DNA from: a bacterium
Lineage (GTDB): Bacteria > Hydrothermota > 32-111
Length of the DNA stretch: 16,874 nt
Assembly (NCBI GenBank): GCA_050239825.1
Contig: JBFXGO010000045.1
Coordinates: 1-16,874, forward strand
Direction of reading: 5' to 3'
This document shows positions 1-9,927 of this stretch, in pieces. Positions within the stretch are counted from its first letter, which is position 1. Every line of letters starts with the position of its first letter. Position numbers and translations under genes: made by a program. Below the pieces are notes generated by a model. The model was not told the DNA's origin and did not search any database. It saw nothing but the letters and a program-made list of their open reading frames with translations.

Positions 1-16
1 TAAAATATTTTATCTA

Positions 17-46
17 TATAATTACTTTTTTATTATTAACAGGAGG
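17..46 (+). promoter_or_regulatory. Putative -10 box and Shine-Dalgarno for gap
   Basis: TATAAT at 17-22 and AGGAGG at 41-46, ahead of ATG 51. The -35 would lie outside the window. Confidence 0.55.
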
Positions 47-50
47 TTTT

Positions 51-1052
51 ATGTCTATCAGAATAGCTATAAATGGGTTCGGCAGAATAGGCCGCCTTGT
101 GGCGAGAATCGCAGTAAAACACAGGGATATCGAATTATGTGCAATCAACGATATCACTGACCCAAAGACATTGGCGCATCTTTTCAAGTATGACTCGGTT
201 CACGGAATCTATCAGGGAGAAGTCAAACACACTGAAAATTCAATAATCATTGATGGAAAAGAGGTAAAGATTTCAGCTGAGAAGAATCCGGAAAATCTTA
301 AATGGAAGGATTTGAACATTGATGTGGTTGTTGAATCAACAGGATTCTTTACAAAGAAAGAAGACGCTGAAAAGCACATAAAAGCAGGAGCAAAGAAGGT
401 GATAATCTCTGCTCCCGCGAAGAATAAAGTGGATGCTACAATAGTTCTTGGAGTCAATGAATCCGTCTATGACAAAGCAAATCATCATATAGTTTCAAAT
501 GCGTCATGCACGACAAATTGCCTTGCGCCGATAGTAAAAGTGCTTTTAGAGAATTTCGGAATAGTGAGCGGAATGATGACAACCATACATTCATATACAA
601 ATGACCAGAGAATTTTAGACCTTCCTCATTCAGATTTGAGAAGGGCGCGCGCCGCAATGCTCTCCATGATACCAACTTCAACAGGAGCGGCAAAGGCATT
701 GGGTCTTGTCATTCCTCAGGTAGAAGGAAAGATGGACGGAGTGTCAATAAGAGTCCCCACAGCTGATGTTTCACTTGTCGACCTCTCTGTGGTAGTTGAA
801 AAGACAGTAACAAAAGAGGATGTCAATGCGGCATTCAAAAAGGCGTCAGAAAGCAATGAAATGAAAAAGTATCTTGAATACTGCGATATACCGCTTGTCT
901 CTGTTGATTTTCTCGGAAATTCTCATTCTGCTATATTTGATTCATCGCAGACATTTGTTAAAGGCAGTCTTGTTAAAGTGTTTGCATGGTATGACAATGA
1001 GTACGGATACTCATCAAGAGTTGTTGACCTTATCGATTTCATGATGAGGTGA
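51..1052 (+). CDS. gap: Type I glyceraldehyde-3-phosphate dehydrogenase, probably NAD-dependent
   Basis: INGFGRIGR Rossmann motif, catalytic SNASCTTNCLAP, WYDNEYGYS. The 'IND' Asp and 'LDLPH' match the NAD-specific signature. Confidence 0.99.
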   Translation: MSIRIAINGFGRIGRLVARIAVKHRDIELCAINDITDPKTLAHLFKYDSVHGIYQGEVKHTENSIIIDGKEVKISAEKNPENLKWKDLNIDVVVESTGFFTKKEDAEKHIKAGAKKVIISAPAKNKVDATIVLGVNESVYDKANHHIVSNASCTTNCLAPIVKVLLENFGIVSGMMTTIHSYTNDQRILDLPHSDLRRARAAMLSMIPTSTGAAKALGLVIPQVEGKMDGVSIRVPTADVSLVDLSVVVEKTVTKEDVNAAFKKASESNEMKKYLEYCDIPLVSVDFLGNSHSAIFDSSQTFVKGSLVKVFAWYDNEYGYSSRVVDLIDFMMR

Positions 1053-1055
1053 CAG

Positions 1056-2243
1056 ATGAAGATAAGAGAGCTTGACAGCGTAAATTTCGTGAAGAAACGA
1101 GTTCTTCTCCGCACAGATTATAATGTTCCGATTGAGGAGGGGAGAATAATCGACGACAGAAGGATTGAATCGACAGTAAAGACGATAAATTATCTTTTAA
1201 ACAAACAGGCAAAGGTGATTATAATCTCTCATCTCGGCAGACCGAAGGGTTTTGACAAAAAATGTTCTTTAAGACCGGTTAAGGATAACCTTGAAAAGCA
1301 CCTCAACAGAGAAATAACATTCATTGAGGATTTAAGAAGCGGTGATACATTCGAGAAGCTTAACAAACTTGCATTCCCATCCGTTGCAATGTTCGAGAAT
1401 ATCAGATTCTATCCTGAAGAACAGGAGAACAGTGACAAATTCGCCGCATCTCTGAGTGAATTCGGAGATGTATATGTAAATGATGGTTTCGGAGTGGCTC
1501 ACAGAAGCGATGTCTCTGTCTACTCTCTGCCTTTGAAATTCAAGGAAAAAGCCGCGGGTTTCCTAATATCACAGGAGGTAAAGCATTTGTCGCATCTTCA
1601 TGAAGAGCCGGAAATGCCGTATGTCTTTGTGGTCGGCGGCGCAAAGGTCTCATCCAAAATACAGATAATAGACAATATTTTAGATCATGCGTCAACAGTT
1701 ATAATAGGAGGAGCCCTTGCCTTTACATTCCTCAAGGCTCAGGGATTTAAAATAGGCAGATCATTGTTTGAAGAGAATATGCTGATGGAGTGCGAAAGAA
1801 TATTTGCCAAATCCCGCGAGAAGAGAGTCAATATTCTCCTTCCTCTTGATTTTGCAGTAGCCAAGAGCAGAGATGAAAATATCAGAAGAGAGGTCAGGAG
1901 GGATTCTATAATGGATGACGAAATGGCTCTCGACATAGGAGATTTGTCTGTGGAGATTTTTAAATCAGCCATAGAGAATGCAAAGACCGTTGTCTGGAAC
2001 GGACCTATGGGTCTTTTTGAAAATCCGGCTTTTGCCTATGGAACTCTTGAAGTGGCAAAGTCGATAGCCCAAGCGACAAAAAATGGAGCTTACACAGTCG
2101 CCGGAGGAGGAGATTCCTGCGCGGCGATAGATCAGATGAATCTCACGGATTCATTTACCTATATCTCTACAGGCGGTGGAGCAATGCTTGAATTTTTAAG
2201 TGGAATTGACCTTCCCGGAATAAAGGTTTTAAAGGAGTCGTGA
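1056..2243 (+). CDS. pgk: Phosphoglycerate kinase
   Basis: RTDYNVP, SHLGRP, ENIRF, GGAKVS, WNGPMG, GGGDS and STGGGA motifs; follows gap. Confidence 0.99.
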   Translation: MKIRELDSVNFVKKRVLLRTDYNVPIEEGRIIDDRRIESTVKTINYLLNKQAKVIIISHLGRPKGFDKKCSLRPVKDNLEKHLNREITFIEDLRSGDTFEKLNKLAFPSVAMFENIRFYPEEQENSDKFAASLSEFGDVYVNDGFGVAHRSDVSVYSLPLKFKEKAAGFLISQEVKHLSHLHEEPEMPYVFVVGGAKVSSKIQIIDNILDHASTVIIGGALAFTFLKAQGFKIGRSLFEENMLMECERIFAKSREKRVNILLPLDFAVAKSRDENIRREVRRDSIMDDEMALDIGDLSVEIFKSAIENAKTVVWNGPMGLFENPAFAYGTLEVAKSIAQATKNGAYTVAGGGDSCAAIDQMNLTDSFTYISTGGGAMLEFLSGIDLPGIKVLKES

Positions 2244-2989
2244 TGAGACGCACATTCATTGCCGGCAACTGGAAGATGAATATAATAGACAATCTTCTTC
2301 CTGTGAAAGATGCCTCAATGAAGTTTGATGTGGATATCGCTGTCTTTCCACCCTTTGTATATCTTGAAAAATACAAGAGAGAAACTGAAGATTCAAAAAT
2401 CATTGTAGGCGCTCAGAACATGTATTTTATGGAGAGTGGAGCTTTCACGGGGGAGACATCTCCAAAGTTCCTTCTTGACATGAAAATAGAGTATGTGATA
2501 CTCGGACACTCTGAAAGACGCCAAATATTTAAAGAAACAGATGAAGAAATATCACTTAAAGTCAACAAAGCAATAAACTTAAATATGAAGCCAATTCTAT
2601 GTGTAGGAGAGACTGAATCTGAAAGGTCCTTAAATAAGCACAAGATGAGAGTTGAGAATCAGTTAAAAATCGGTCTTGGGGGTATTGAAAATAATTTAAA
2701 AAATATTATAATAGCTTACGAACCTGTTTGGGCTATAGGAACAGGCAATACTGCAACCCCTAATGATGCAGAGGAAATGCATTTATTTATAAGGGAGCAG
2801 ATTTCATATATCTTCGGAAGAAATATCGCTTCCGAGATGTTGATTCTTTATGGCGGAAGTGTCAATGAAGAGAATGTCAAAGACCTTCTCAGAAAAGACA
2901 ACATTGACGGAGCGCTTGTCGGAGGCGCATCTCTGAAGGGCGACAAATTCGCCAAGATAATTGAAATAGGTGGCAAAACAAACATATAG
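2243..2989 (+). CDS. tpiA: Triosephosphate isomerase
   Basis: AGNWK, GHSERR, AYEPVWAIGTG, YGGSV, LVGGASL. Start placed at ATG 2243 (TGATG overlap with the pgk stop, AAGGAG at 2232-2237) rather than GTG 2240. Confidence 0.98.
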   Translation: MRRTFIAGNWKMNIIDNLLPVKDASMKFDVDIAVFPPFVYLEKYKRETEDSKIIVGAQNMYFMESGAFTGETSPKFLLDMKIEYVILGHSERRQIFKETDEEISLKVNKAINLNMKPILCVGETESERSLNKHKMRVENQLKIGLGGIENNLKNIIIAYEPVWAIGTGNTATPNDAEEMHLFIREQISYIFGRNIASEMLILYGGSVNEENVKDLLRKDNIDGALVGGASLKGDKFAKIIEIGGKTNI

Positions 2990-2997
2990 GAGGCACT

Positions 2998-3327
2998 TTG
3001 TTTACATTGGTTCTAATCGTCCACATTATTGTTTCGATTCTTCTGATACTTGTGATACTGATGCAGCAGTCAAAAGGCGGCATGTCATCCATGTTCGGAG
3101 GAAGCCAGGATTCAGTCTTCGGCGCTTCAGGCGCAGAGACATTCTTTACAAGAGCAACAGCAGTGATGGCAGTGATATTCATGATCACAAGCTTCTCATT
3201 GGCGCTTATGTCAAGCAGCAGCAAGCCCTCGGTACCGGTTCAGGATATTCAGCCTCAGACAGATGTGATGCCTGAACAGACGCTGCCGCAGACCGACACA
3301 ACACCAGCCCCGGTTCAAGGGCAGTAA
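2998..3327 (+). CDS. secG: Preprotein translocase subunit SecG
   Basis: Two hydrophobic helices flanking LMQQSKGGMSSMFGGS..VFG; TTG start with AGGAGG at 2988-2993; usual position after tpiA. Confidence 0.95.
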   Translation: MFTLVLIVHIIVSILLILVILMQQSKGGMSSMFGGSQDSVFGASGAETFFTRATAVMAVIFMITSFSLALMSSSSKPSVPVQDIQPQTDVMPEQTLPQTDTTPAPVQGQ

Positions 3328-3342
3328 AATAAGGAGGAAGGA

Positions 3343-3660
3343 ATGTTCGCAGTAGTAGAAATCAACGGCCTTCAGTACAAAGTAACTGAGAATGAGATTC
3401 TCCAGATAAACAAAACTGAAGAGAAAGAGCCAAAATCAAAAATGGAATTCGACAAAGTTCTTTTCATAAATGATGAAAAAGAGAGCATGATAGGCAAGCC
3501 GTATATCAAAGGGGCAAAAGTGCTCTGCGAGTATCAGGAAGATACTCAGGGAAAGAAGATTGAAGTTATGAAATTCAGGAGAAGGTCGAACTTCAAGAAG
3601 ATTAAGGGACACAGGCAGGACTACTCAGTCATTAAAATCGAAAAAATAGTGAAGCCCTAA
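3343..3660 (+). CDS. rplU: 50S ribosomal protein L21
   Basis: MFAVVEINGLQYKV, GKPYIKGAKV and KFRRR..KGHRQ motifs; strong SD (AAGGAGG). Confidence 0.97.
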   Translation: MFAVVEINGLQYKVTENEILQINKTEEKEPKSKMEFDKVLFINDEKESMIGKPYIKGAKVLCEYQEDTQGKKIEVMKFRRRSNFKKIKGHRQDYSVIKIEKIVKP

Positions 3661-3673
3661 GGAGGAATGAAAA

Positions 3674-3937
3674 ATGGCAACGAAGAAGGGTGTAGGTTCA
3701 TCCAGAAACGGAAGAGATTCCAATCCGAAATATCTCGGAATAAAAAAGACAAACGGACAGGTTGTCACGACAGGAACAATCCTTGTCAGACAGCGCGGCA
3801 CCGCAGTTCACCCCGGAGTGAATGTGGGTATGGGAAAAGATGATACTCTTTTCGCACTTGCAGACGGAACCGTGAAATTTTCAAGATTCGGCAAATTCAG
3901 AAAGAAAGTATCAGTGGAGAGCAAGGAGCAGAAGTGA
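3674..3937 (+). CDS. rpmA: 50S ribosomal protein L27
   Basis: [33 protein letters not shown]. No N-terminal extension and no prp gene between rplU and rpmA. Confidence 0.98.
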   Translation: MATKKGVGSSRNGRDSNPKYLGIKKTNGQVVTTGTILVRQRGTAVHPGVNVGMGKDDTLFALADGTVKFSRFGKFRKKVSVESKEQK

Positions 3938-4602
3938 AAATAGTGTGGTTTGGCCACGCTACTTTTTTTGCGGAACTTGACAATAAAATCAGAATACTTT
4001 TTGACCCGTATGACAAAAGCGCCTACGGGTCTTCTTTTACCTATTCGGACAATTTCCCAAAATGCGACATAGTTTTGATATCCCATAAACACAGAGACCA
4101 TTCTTTCAGGAATTTTAAAGAGAAGTTCGGATATCAGCCCCTGATATTGGACAGAGAGGGAGTTCACGAACATAATGGAGTGAAAATTACCGGGAGAAAG
4201 TACTTTCATGATAAAAACAATGGAAGCGAGAGGGGAGAGATAATTGCTTTTTCAGTGGAGACGGAAAAAGGAAAAATAATTCATTTTGGAGATATAGGGG
4301 AAAAGATAGATAAAGACAAATTTAAAGGAATGAGCGATCCATACATAGCTATGGTTCCCGTCGGAGGAACATTCACTATTGACTATAAAGAGGCGGCAGA
4401 GCTTATGAACATTCTTTCCCCGCAGTATATATTCCCCATGCACTATAAAACAGCACAGCTTGATTTTCCCATAGAGAGCGCGGAAAAATTCATGCAATCA
4501 ATGAAGAATTACAGAATAAGAAGAGTAGATTGTTTCAACGACGATAAGGAGAATATGGAAAATACTCTTTTCATTTTCAATCCGAGTGATGGTTCAATTT
4601 AG
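3934..4602 (+). CDS. Metallo-beta-lactamase-fold hydrolase, substrate unknown
   Basis: [11 protein letters not shown], HxHxDH motif (SHKHRDH), HFGD, PVGG, PMHY; GTGA overlap with the rpmA stop. Confidence 0.9.
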   Translation: MKIVWFGHATFFAELDNKIRILFDPYDKSAYGSSFTYSDNFPKCDIVLISHKHRDHSFRNFKEKFGYQPLILDREGVHEHNGVKITGRKYFHDKNNGSERGEIIAFSVETEKGKIIHFGDIGEKIDKDKFKGMSDPYIAMVPVGGTFTIDYKEAAELMNILSPQYIFPMHYKTAQLDFPIESAEKFMQSMKNYRIRRVDCFNDDKENMENTLFIFNPSDGSI

Positions 4603-4610
4603 GAGGACCA

Positions 4611-5657
4611 ATGAACTTTTTATCTTTCAAGACGCTTTTTAATTCATTCATGTCAAACGACATTGCCATTGATCTTGGAACAGCTTCCACTCTCATATAC
4701 ATGAAAAATGAAGGAATAGTTTTAAATGAACCTTCTGTCGTCGCTCTTGATGTCAAGACTCGCAGACCGATAGCAGTCGGCTTCGCCGCAAAGGAGATGC
4801 TCGGCAGGACGCCGGAGGAAATAAAAGCTCTCAGGCCTATGAAAGACGGAGTGATTGCCGATTTTGAAGTTGTTGAGGAGATGCTCAGATACTTCATTTC
4901 CAAGGTGCAGAAATCAAAAATTCTCATAAGACCAAGAGTGATAGTGTGCGTGCCATCGGGAATTACAGCTGTAGAGACGAGAGCCGTGAGGGATTCTGTC
5001 GAACATGCCGGGGTGAGGGATGTTTATCTGGTGGCAGAACCTATCGCCGCCGCAGTGGGAGTTGACCTTCCGGTTGACAAGCCCACCGGATCAATGATAA
5101 TAGACATAGGCGGAGGAACAAGCGAAATAGCGGTTATAGCTCTGAATGGAATTGTCTCCAACAACTCAATCAGAATCGGTGGAGATGAGATGGATGAAGC
5201 TATAAACCAGTATGTGAAGAAAAATTACAACCTTTTAATAGGCGAACAGACAACGGAAAAAATTAAAACCACTGTGGGTTCGGCTTTTCCTCTCGAACAG
5301 GAGCTTGAGATAGAGGTGCGGGGTCTTGACCTTGTGGAAGGAATACCAAAAACAATAAAAATAACATCCGAAGAGATAAGAGATTCATTAAGAGAGCCCG
5401 TTATGATGATAATGACTGCTGTCAAGCAGGCCCTTGAAAAGACTCCTCCGGAGCTGGCATCCGATATTGTGGATAGGGGGATAATAATGACAGGAGGCGG
5501 AGCTCTGCTGAAGAATTTTGACAAACTTATAGCGAAGGAGACGGGACTCACGGTTAAAGTGGCTGAGAATCCTCTGGAGTGCGTTGTGAGGGGAAGCGGG
5601 AAAATAATTGATAATATCTCCCTTTATGAAAAGATAATAATGCAGCCCTCCAAATGA
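4611..5657 (+). CDS. mreB: Rod shape-determining actin homolog MreB
   Basis: IDLGTA, NEPSVVA, RPMKDGVIADF, EPIAAAVG, DIGGGT, TPPELASDI, TGGGALL; SD AGGAGG at 4601-4606. Confidence 0.99.
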   Translation: MNFLSFKTLFNSFMSNDIAIDLGTASTLIYMKNEGIVLNEPSVVALDVKTRRPIAVGFAAKEMLGRTPEEIKALRPMKDGVIADFEVVEEMLRYFISKVQKSKILIRPRVIVCVPSGITAVETRAVRDSVEHAGVRDVYLVAEPIAAAVGVDLPVDKPTGSMIIDIGGGTSEIAVIALNGIVSNNSIRIGGDEMDEAINQYVKKNYNLLIGEQTTEKIKTTVGSAFPLEQELEIEVRGLDLVEGIPKTIKITSEEIRDSLREPVMMIMTAVKQALEKTPPELASDIVDRGIIMTGGGALLKNFDKLIAKETGLTVKVAENPLECVVRGSGKIIDNISLYEKIIMQPSK

Positions 5658-6499
5658 CAAATAAAAAAGTAAGAAATCTTTTCATAATACTTGTCTTTCT
5701 TTCGCTTTTGATACTGATATTCAATGATAACATAGACTATTCCATGACGAGGGCATTCTTCAGAACTCCCATAAAACCGTTTATAAGGACTATAGATTTC
5801 ATTTCCGAAACGAACGGAAAGATTATTGCAAGTGAGATGCTTACAATTTACCTTGCAGAGGAGATGCTAAAAAAAAACAAGCTGAAAGCGCTTGATTACG
5901 AAAACCGACTCTTGAGACAGATGCTGGATTTCAATACAACCGTTTCGTACAGGCTTATTCCTTCAGAGGTTATAGGAGGCAATCAGAGCGATGAATCCAA
6001 GCTGATTATCAACCGCGGAACAAAACATGGAATAACTGAGGGAATGGCAGTTTTTTTCTTGAAGGGAATTATAGGTAAAATAGTCGAATGCGCCAATGCC
6101 TATTCTGTTGTAGAGACACATTCAAACATGAACTTCAAGGTTGGAGTGTGCGACAAAGACAGAAAATATTTTATGATAGCCTACTTCTATGCGAAGGGAT
6201 CTTTAAAGGTTGAAAACATTCAGTATGATGTAAAGCTCGAGGAAGGCGATACTCTTTTCACATCAGGATTCGGGAATATATATCCACCCGACATACCGGT
6301 GGGCACAATAGAAAAAACAGTGAGGAGCGAAGACGGCGAGTGGTTTTACCTTCTTTCTCCTCTTGAAAATCTCGGAGCTTTGAGATTCGTATTTGCGGCC
6401 GAAAAGAGAATAGATGTGCTTCCGGCAATATTTTCGGAGCATAAGATGGACACTCTGGGAGAAATCGGCTGGTATATGATTTATAGGAGACAGAGATGA
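5654..6499 (+). CDS. mreC: Rod shape-determining protein MreC
   Basis: N-terminal TM helix, ENRLLRQML coil, INRGTKHGI, GDTLFTSG..YPPDIPVG; ATGA overlap with mreB. Confidence 0.93.
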   Translation: MTNKKVRNLFIILVFLSLLILIFNDNIDYSMTRAFFRTPIKPFIRTIDFISETNGKIIASEMLTIYLAEEMLKKNKLKALDYENRLLRQMLDFNTTVSYRLIPSEVIGGNQSDESKLIINRGTKHGITEGMAVFFLKGIIGKIVECANAYSVVETHSNMNFKVGVCDKDRKYFMIAYFYAKGSLKVENIQYDVKLEEGDTLFTSGFGNIYPPDIPVGTIEKTVRSEDGEWFYLLSPLENLGALRFVFAAEKRIDVLPAIFSEHKMDTLGEIGWYMIYRRQR

Positions 6500-6999
6500 T
6501 TTACATACTTTGGACTCTAATAGTTTTTTTTGGAATATTTTTATCAGTGACATATCCCCCGATTTTTTCCATCGCAGGCATTGTCAGGATAGACCTCTTG
6601 ATGGTTATTCTTTCTTTATACGCTCTCTATCTTTCTCCTTATTTCACACTTCCGGTTTTTTTTATTGCAGGATTGATATTTGATTCATTCTTCATGAATC
6701 CCTTAGGTTACCATTCTTTGATTTTTATCGGCATATCTTATGCTATTTTTCTTGTTAAAGGATATATTTTTAAAGAGAAGTTCATGTTTCAAATATTGGT
6801 TATTTCCATGGCGGCGTTTCTTTACCGAATAGCAGATACTGCGGTATTTTATTCGCGCATAAAATCTTTTTCTTATGCGTTTTGCAATGTCGTTCTCTCT
6901 CCGATTGCCACCATTCTCTTTTATTCCCTTATCTATGTTTTGGTTGTGATACTGCAAAAGGCGGTTAATGAACATGGGAAGAGAAAACAAGCTTCTTGA
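6496..6999 (+). CDS. mreD: Rod shape-determining protein MreD
   Basis: 167-aa polytopic membrane protein with DLL and GLIFDSF..PLG motifs, located between mreC and PBP2. Confidence 0.88.
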   Translation: MIYILWTLIVFFGIFLSVTYPPIFSIAGIVRIDLLMVILSLYALYLSPYFTLPVFFIAGLIFDSFFMNPLGYHSLIFIGISYAIFLVKGYIFKEKFMFQILVISMAAFLYRIADTAVFYSRIKSFSYAFCNVVLSPIATILFYSLIYVLVVILQKAVNEHGKRKQAS

Positions 7000-8728
7000 T
7001 TTGTCTGTTCTGCTTGCGGTATTTTTATTGATTACCGCTTTGGCGCTTTTAAATCTGCAGATTTTCAAAGCAAGTCAGTATCGCACCCTCTCTGAGGAAA
7101 ACTGCTTTAAGAAAGAGATTATTGTCAGTGTCAGAGGAAACATATTCTCAAGTGACAATGTAGCGGTTGCCACTTCGAAAAGATACTTTTCTCTTTACGG
7201 CGAAGTGAACAAGATAAATATGGATGCCGCGGCGATTTCCAATCTTTCAGAATTGCTCGCAATACCTTCGGAATCAATAAATACACTTATCAGAATATCG
7301 CGCATATATGATGAGAGGGATGTTTTGCTTAAGAGCAATCTTGACATTCAAACAGTCACTTTCATTGAAGAGAATGGGGGATTGTATCAGGGTTTGTCTA
7401 TAAAATCCCATCCGAGAAGATACTATCCTTATGATTATCTTTATGCTCACGCTATAGGGTATGTGGGCAACATAACGCAGAATGAGTATGAAAAATACAA
7501 GCAGAGCGGATACAGCATAACCGATTTCATAGGAAAGACAGGGATTGAACGCGTGTATGAAAAATATCTGAAGGGACTAAACGGCATCACATACTTTGAA
7601 ACTGATGCTTTGGGAAGAGTTGTAAGAGAGATTGAAAAGAAGAATGCCGTTAACAAAATGAACGGCGATGATGTCTATATTACCATAAATCATGCGATGC
7701 AGTCATACATAGATACGCTCTTAAAAGAAGAGGAGAGCGGATGCGTTATTCTGCTTGATGCAAAGACCGGTTCAGTTATATCGATGTATTCAAAACCGTC
7801 ATTTGATCCGAACATATTCGTATACGGAGTCCGTAGGGACACATGGGATTATATGAGAAGAAACCCTCTGTCTCCATTCCTCAACAGATGCTCGGACGGC
7901 GTCTATCCCCCCGGTTCGACATTCAAAATACTCACCACTCTTGCAGGTATAGACCTTCACATTGCCGATTCCTCCACCTACTTTCAGGAATGCAATGGGA
8001 GTATCATGATTGCCAACAGAATCTTCAGATGCTGGAGCACTCATCATGAGCTTAATCTCACAGAGGCATTCAAACAATCTTGCGATGTCTATTTCTATCA
8101 GCTCGGCATGAAGATAGGGCTTGACCAGCTTGCAAAATACGCTTATATGAGCGGTTTCGGCGATTCAACAGGAATAGACATACTTGAAGAATCAAAGGGC
8201 CTTGTGCCTGATTCAAGATACTTGAATAAGAAGTACGGCAAAAACGGCTGGGGCATGGGACAAACGGCAAATCTATCGATAGGGCAGGGAGACCTGCTTG
8301 TGACTCCTCTCCAGATGGCTTCATTTGTGCTCTCAATAGTGAATGACGGAAAGAGGATAGTTCCTCACATTGTCGACTCTATATTAGACAAGCATTCCGA
8401 TATCAAATTTACTTACAAAACTAAAATCAGCGGAAAGCTTCCGTTTGACGCGGATGCTCTGACTTACATAAAAAAATGCATGTTTGAATCTGTAAATGGA
8501 GAGGGAGGGACAGGAGCCGGAGCAAAAAAATCAAAATGCCTTGTAGCCGGAAAGACCGGAACAGCCGAGAATTCAATGGGAATTCCGCACGCATGGTTTG
8601 TCTCATACTTTCCCTATGATGACCCTCAGGTGGTGTGTGTTGTGGTGCTTGAAAACAGCGGACATGGGGGAGAAATCGCCGCTCCTCTGGTTTCAAAAAT
8701 AGCAGACAAATGGATGGAGCTGAAATGA
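6968..8728 (+). CDS. mrdA: Penicillin-binding protein 2 (class B transpeptidase)
   Basis: N-terminal anchor, RGNI, RRYYP, GKTGIE; catalytic SxxK (PGSTFK), SxD (SCD) and KTG. The start could instead be ATG 6974. Confidence 0.96.
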   Translation: MNMGRENKLLDLSVLLAVFLLITALALLNLQIFKASQYRTLSEENCFKKEIIVSVRGNIFSSDNVAVATSKRYFSLYGEVNKINMDAAAISNLSELLAIPSESINTLIRISRIYDERDVLLKSNLDIQTVTFIEENGGLYQGLSIKSHPRRYYPYDYLYAHAIGYVGNITQNEYEKYKQSGYSITDFIGKTGIERVYEKYLKGLNGITYFETDALGRVVREIEKKNAVNKMNGDDVYITINHAMQSYIDTLLKEEESGCVILLDAKTGSVISMYSKPSFDPNIFVYGVRRDTWDYMRRNPLSPFLNRCSDGVYPPGSTFKILTTLAGIDLHIADSSTYFQECNGSIMIANRIFRCWSTHHELNLTEAFKQSCDVYFYQLGMKIGLDQLAKYAYMSGFGDSTGIDILEESKGLVPDSRYLNKKYGKNGWGMGQTANLSIGQGDLLVTPLQMASFVLSIVNDGKRIVPHIVDSILDKHSDIKFTYKTKISGKLPFDADALTYIKKCMFESVNGEGGTGAGAKKSKCLVAGKTGTAENSMGIPHAWFVSYFPYDDPQVVCVVVLENSGHGGEIAAPLVSKIADKWMELK

Positions 8729-9927
8729 ATGCGGGCGCAAAGATAGACAAGCTTGTATTTGCATCTCTCATAGGTTTTTACCTTTTAGGCGGCTTCATGG
8801 TTTTTTCCGCCGTCTGCAATCAGGATTTATTTATTTTTTACAGACAGCTTCTCTGGATGGCTGTTTCAATGATGGTCTTTTTCTTCATACAGATTGTGCC
8901 TCTTAAGGTATTTTACATATCATCCTACCTCCTTTATTTTTTATCGATTGTGCTTCTTCTCTTTTTAAAATTGATGAATGCGAGCTATGTCGACAGGTGG
9001 ATTGACATCGGATTCGCTTATTTACAGCCCTCTGAGTTTGCAAAACTTACACTCATTCTCGCCCTGGCGAGATATCTTTCAAACAGACGCAGGGATGTAA
9101 ATAAACTCAATGTGATTTTAACAGCTACTCTAATCGCTTTTATTCCGTTCGCCTTTGTCTTCATACAGCCCGATCTTGGAACATCGGTTATTTTTCTCTC
9201 TATCCTTGTTTTCATACTTTACCTTGCGGATGTCAAAATCCTCTACATCGCCGTTCTTCTTACGCCGCTGATTTCAGTGGTTCTCTCATTCTTTCCTTTG
9301 GTATGGATTATATATCTTTTATTTCTTGGGTTTGCACTGTATTGGGGTAAGATGAACATACTGAACATGATAAAGACCGTCTTTCTAAATGTTATAGTCG
9401 GCGGGCTCTCTCCTGTGCTTTGGGGTTTTTTGAAGGAGTATCAAAAAGTCAGGATTCTATCATATTTCGAACCCCATAAGGACATTCATGGCTTTGGTTG
9501 GAATCTTCTTCAATCCAAGATTGCCATAGGTTCGGGAGGTCTATGGGGGAACGGCTACCTTAAGGGAACTCAAAAAGGCCTTGATTTCATTCCCCAGCAA
9601 CACACTGATTTTATTTTTTCCGTAATAGGCGAAGAACTTGGATTTTTTGGATTTATAATAATTACAGCCCTTCTTTTGGCCGTTGTTTACCGCACGGTAA
9701 GCGTCTATCCTTCGATAAAGAGCAGATACTCAAAGCTTCTTGCGGGAACGATTGTAACAGTCCTTTCTCTTCAGATGCTGCTCAATATTTCAATGACGAT
9801 AGGCATTCTTCCAATAGTGGGAATACCTTTGAATTTTATTTCATACGGAGGCTCCTCTCTTATCACCTCCACAGCGATGATAGCATTGCTCAATAAAATA
9901 ATTCTGGATAGGGGGAATTATTGGTAA
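8725..9927 (+). CDS. rodA: Peptidoglycan glycosyltransferase RodA (SEDS family)
   Basis: RWI, QPSEFAK, QPDLGT, QSKIAIGSGG, HTDFIFSVIGEELG, ISYGGSS. ATG 8725 chosen for its ATGA overlap with mrdA and upstream GGAG. Confidence 0.96.
   Translation: MNAGAKIDKLVFASLIGFYLLGGFMVFSAVCNQDLFIFYRQLLWMAVSMMVFFFIQIVPLKVFYISSYLLYFLSIVLLLFLKLMNASYVDRWIDIGFAYLQPSEFAKLTLILALARYLSNRRRDVNKLNVILTATLIAFIPFAFVFIQPDLGTSVIFLSILVFILYLADVKILYIAVLLTPLISVVLSFFPLVWIIYLLFLGFALYWGKMNILNMIKTVFLNVIVGGLSPVLWGFLKEYQKVRILSYFEPHKDIHGFGWNLLQSKIAIGSGGLWGNGYLKGTQKGLDFIPQQHTDFIFSVIGEELGFFGFIIITALLLAVVYRTVSVYPSIKSRYSKLLAGTIVTVLSLQMLLNISMTIGILPIVGIPLNFISYGGSSLITSTAMIALLNKIILDRGNYW

Noticed and set aside
1..12. Perfect palindrome TAAAATATTTTA upstream of gap as a possible operator
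   Set aside because: Pure A/T at the window edge in an AT-rich region; likely chance.
3226..3324. Pro/Gln/Thr-rich SecG tail with repeated PVQ and PQTD
   Set aside because: Low-complexity C-terminal tails are common in SecG.
3674..3691. L27 begins MATKKG instead of MAHKKG
   Set aside because: A variant seen in other bacteria; no extension or Prp processing is implied.
5869..5877. A9 tract in mreC (also T8 in mreD at 6524-6531 and A8 in comF) as phase-variation sites
   Set aside because: The frames are intact, and such runs are expected in AT-rich Lys/Phe codons.
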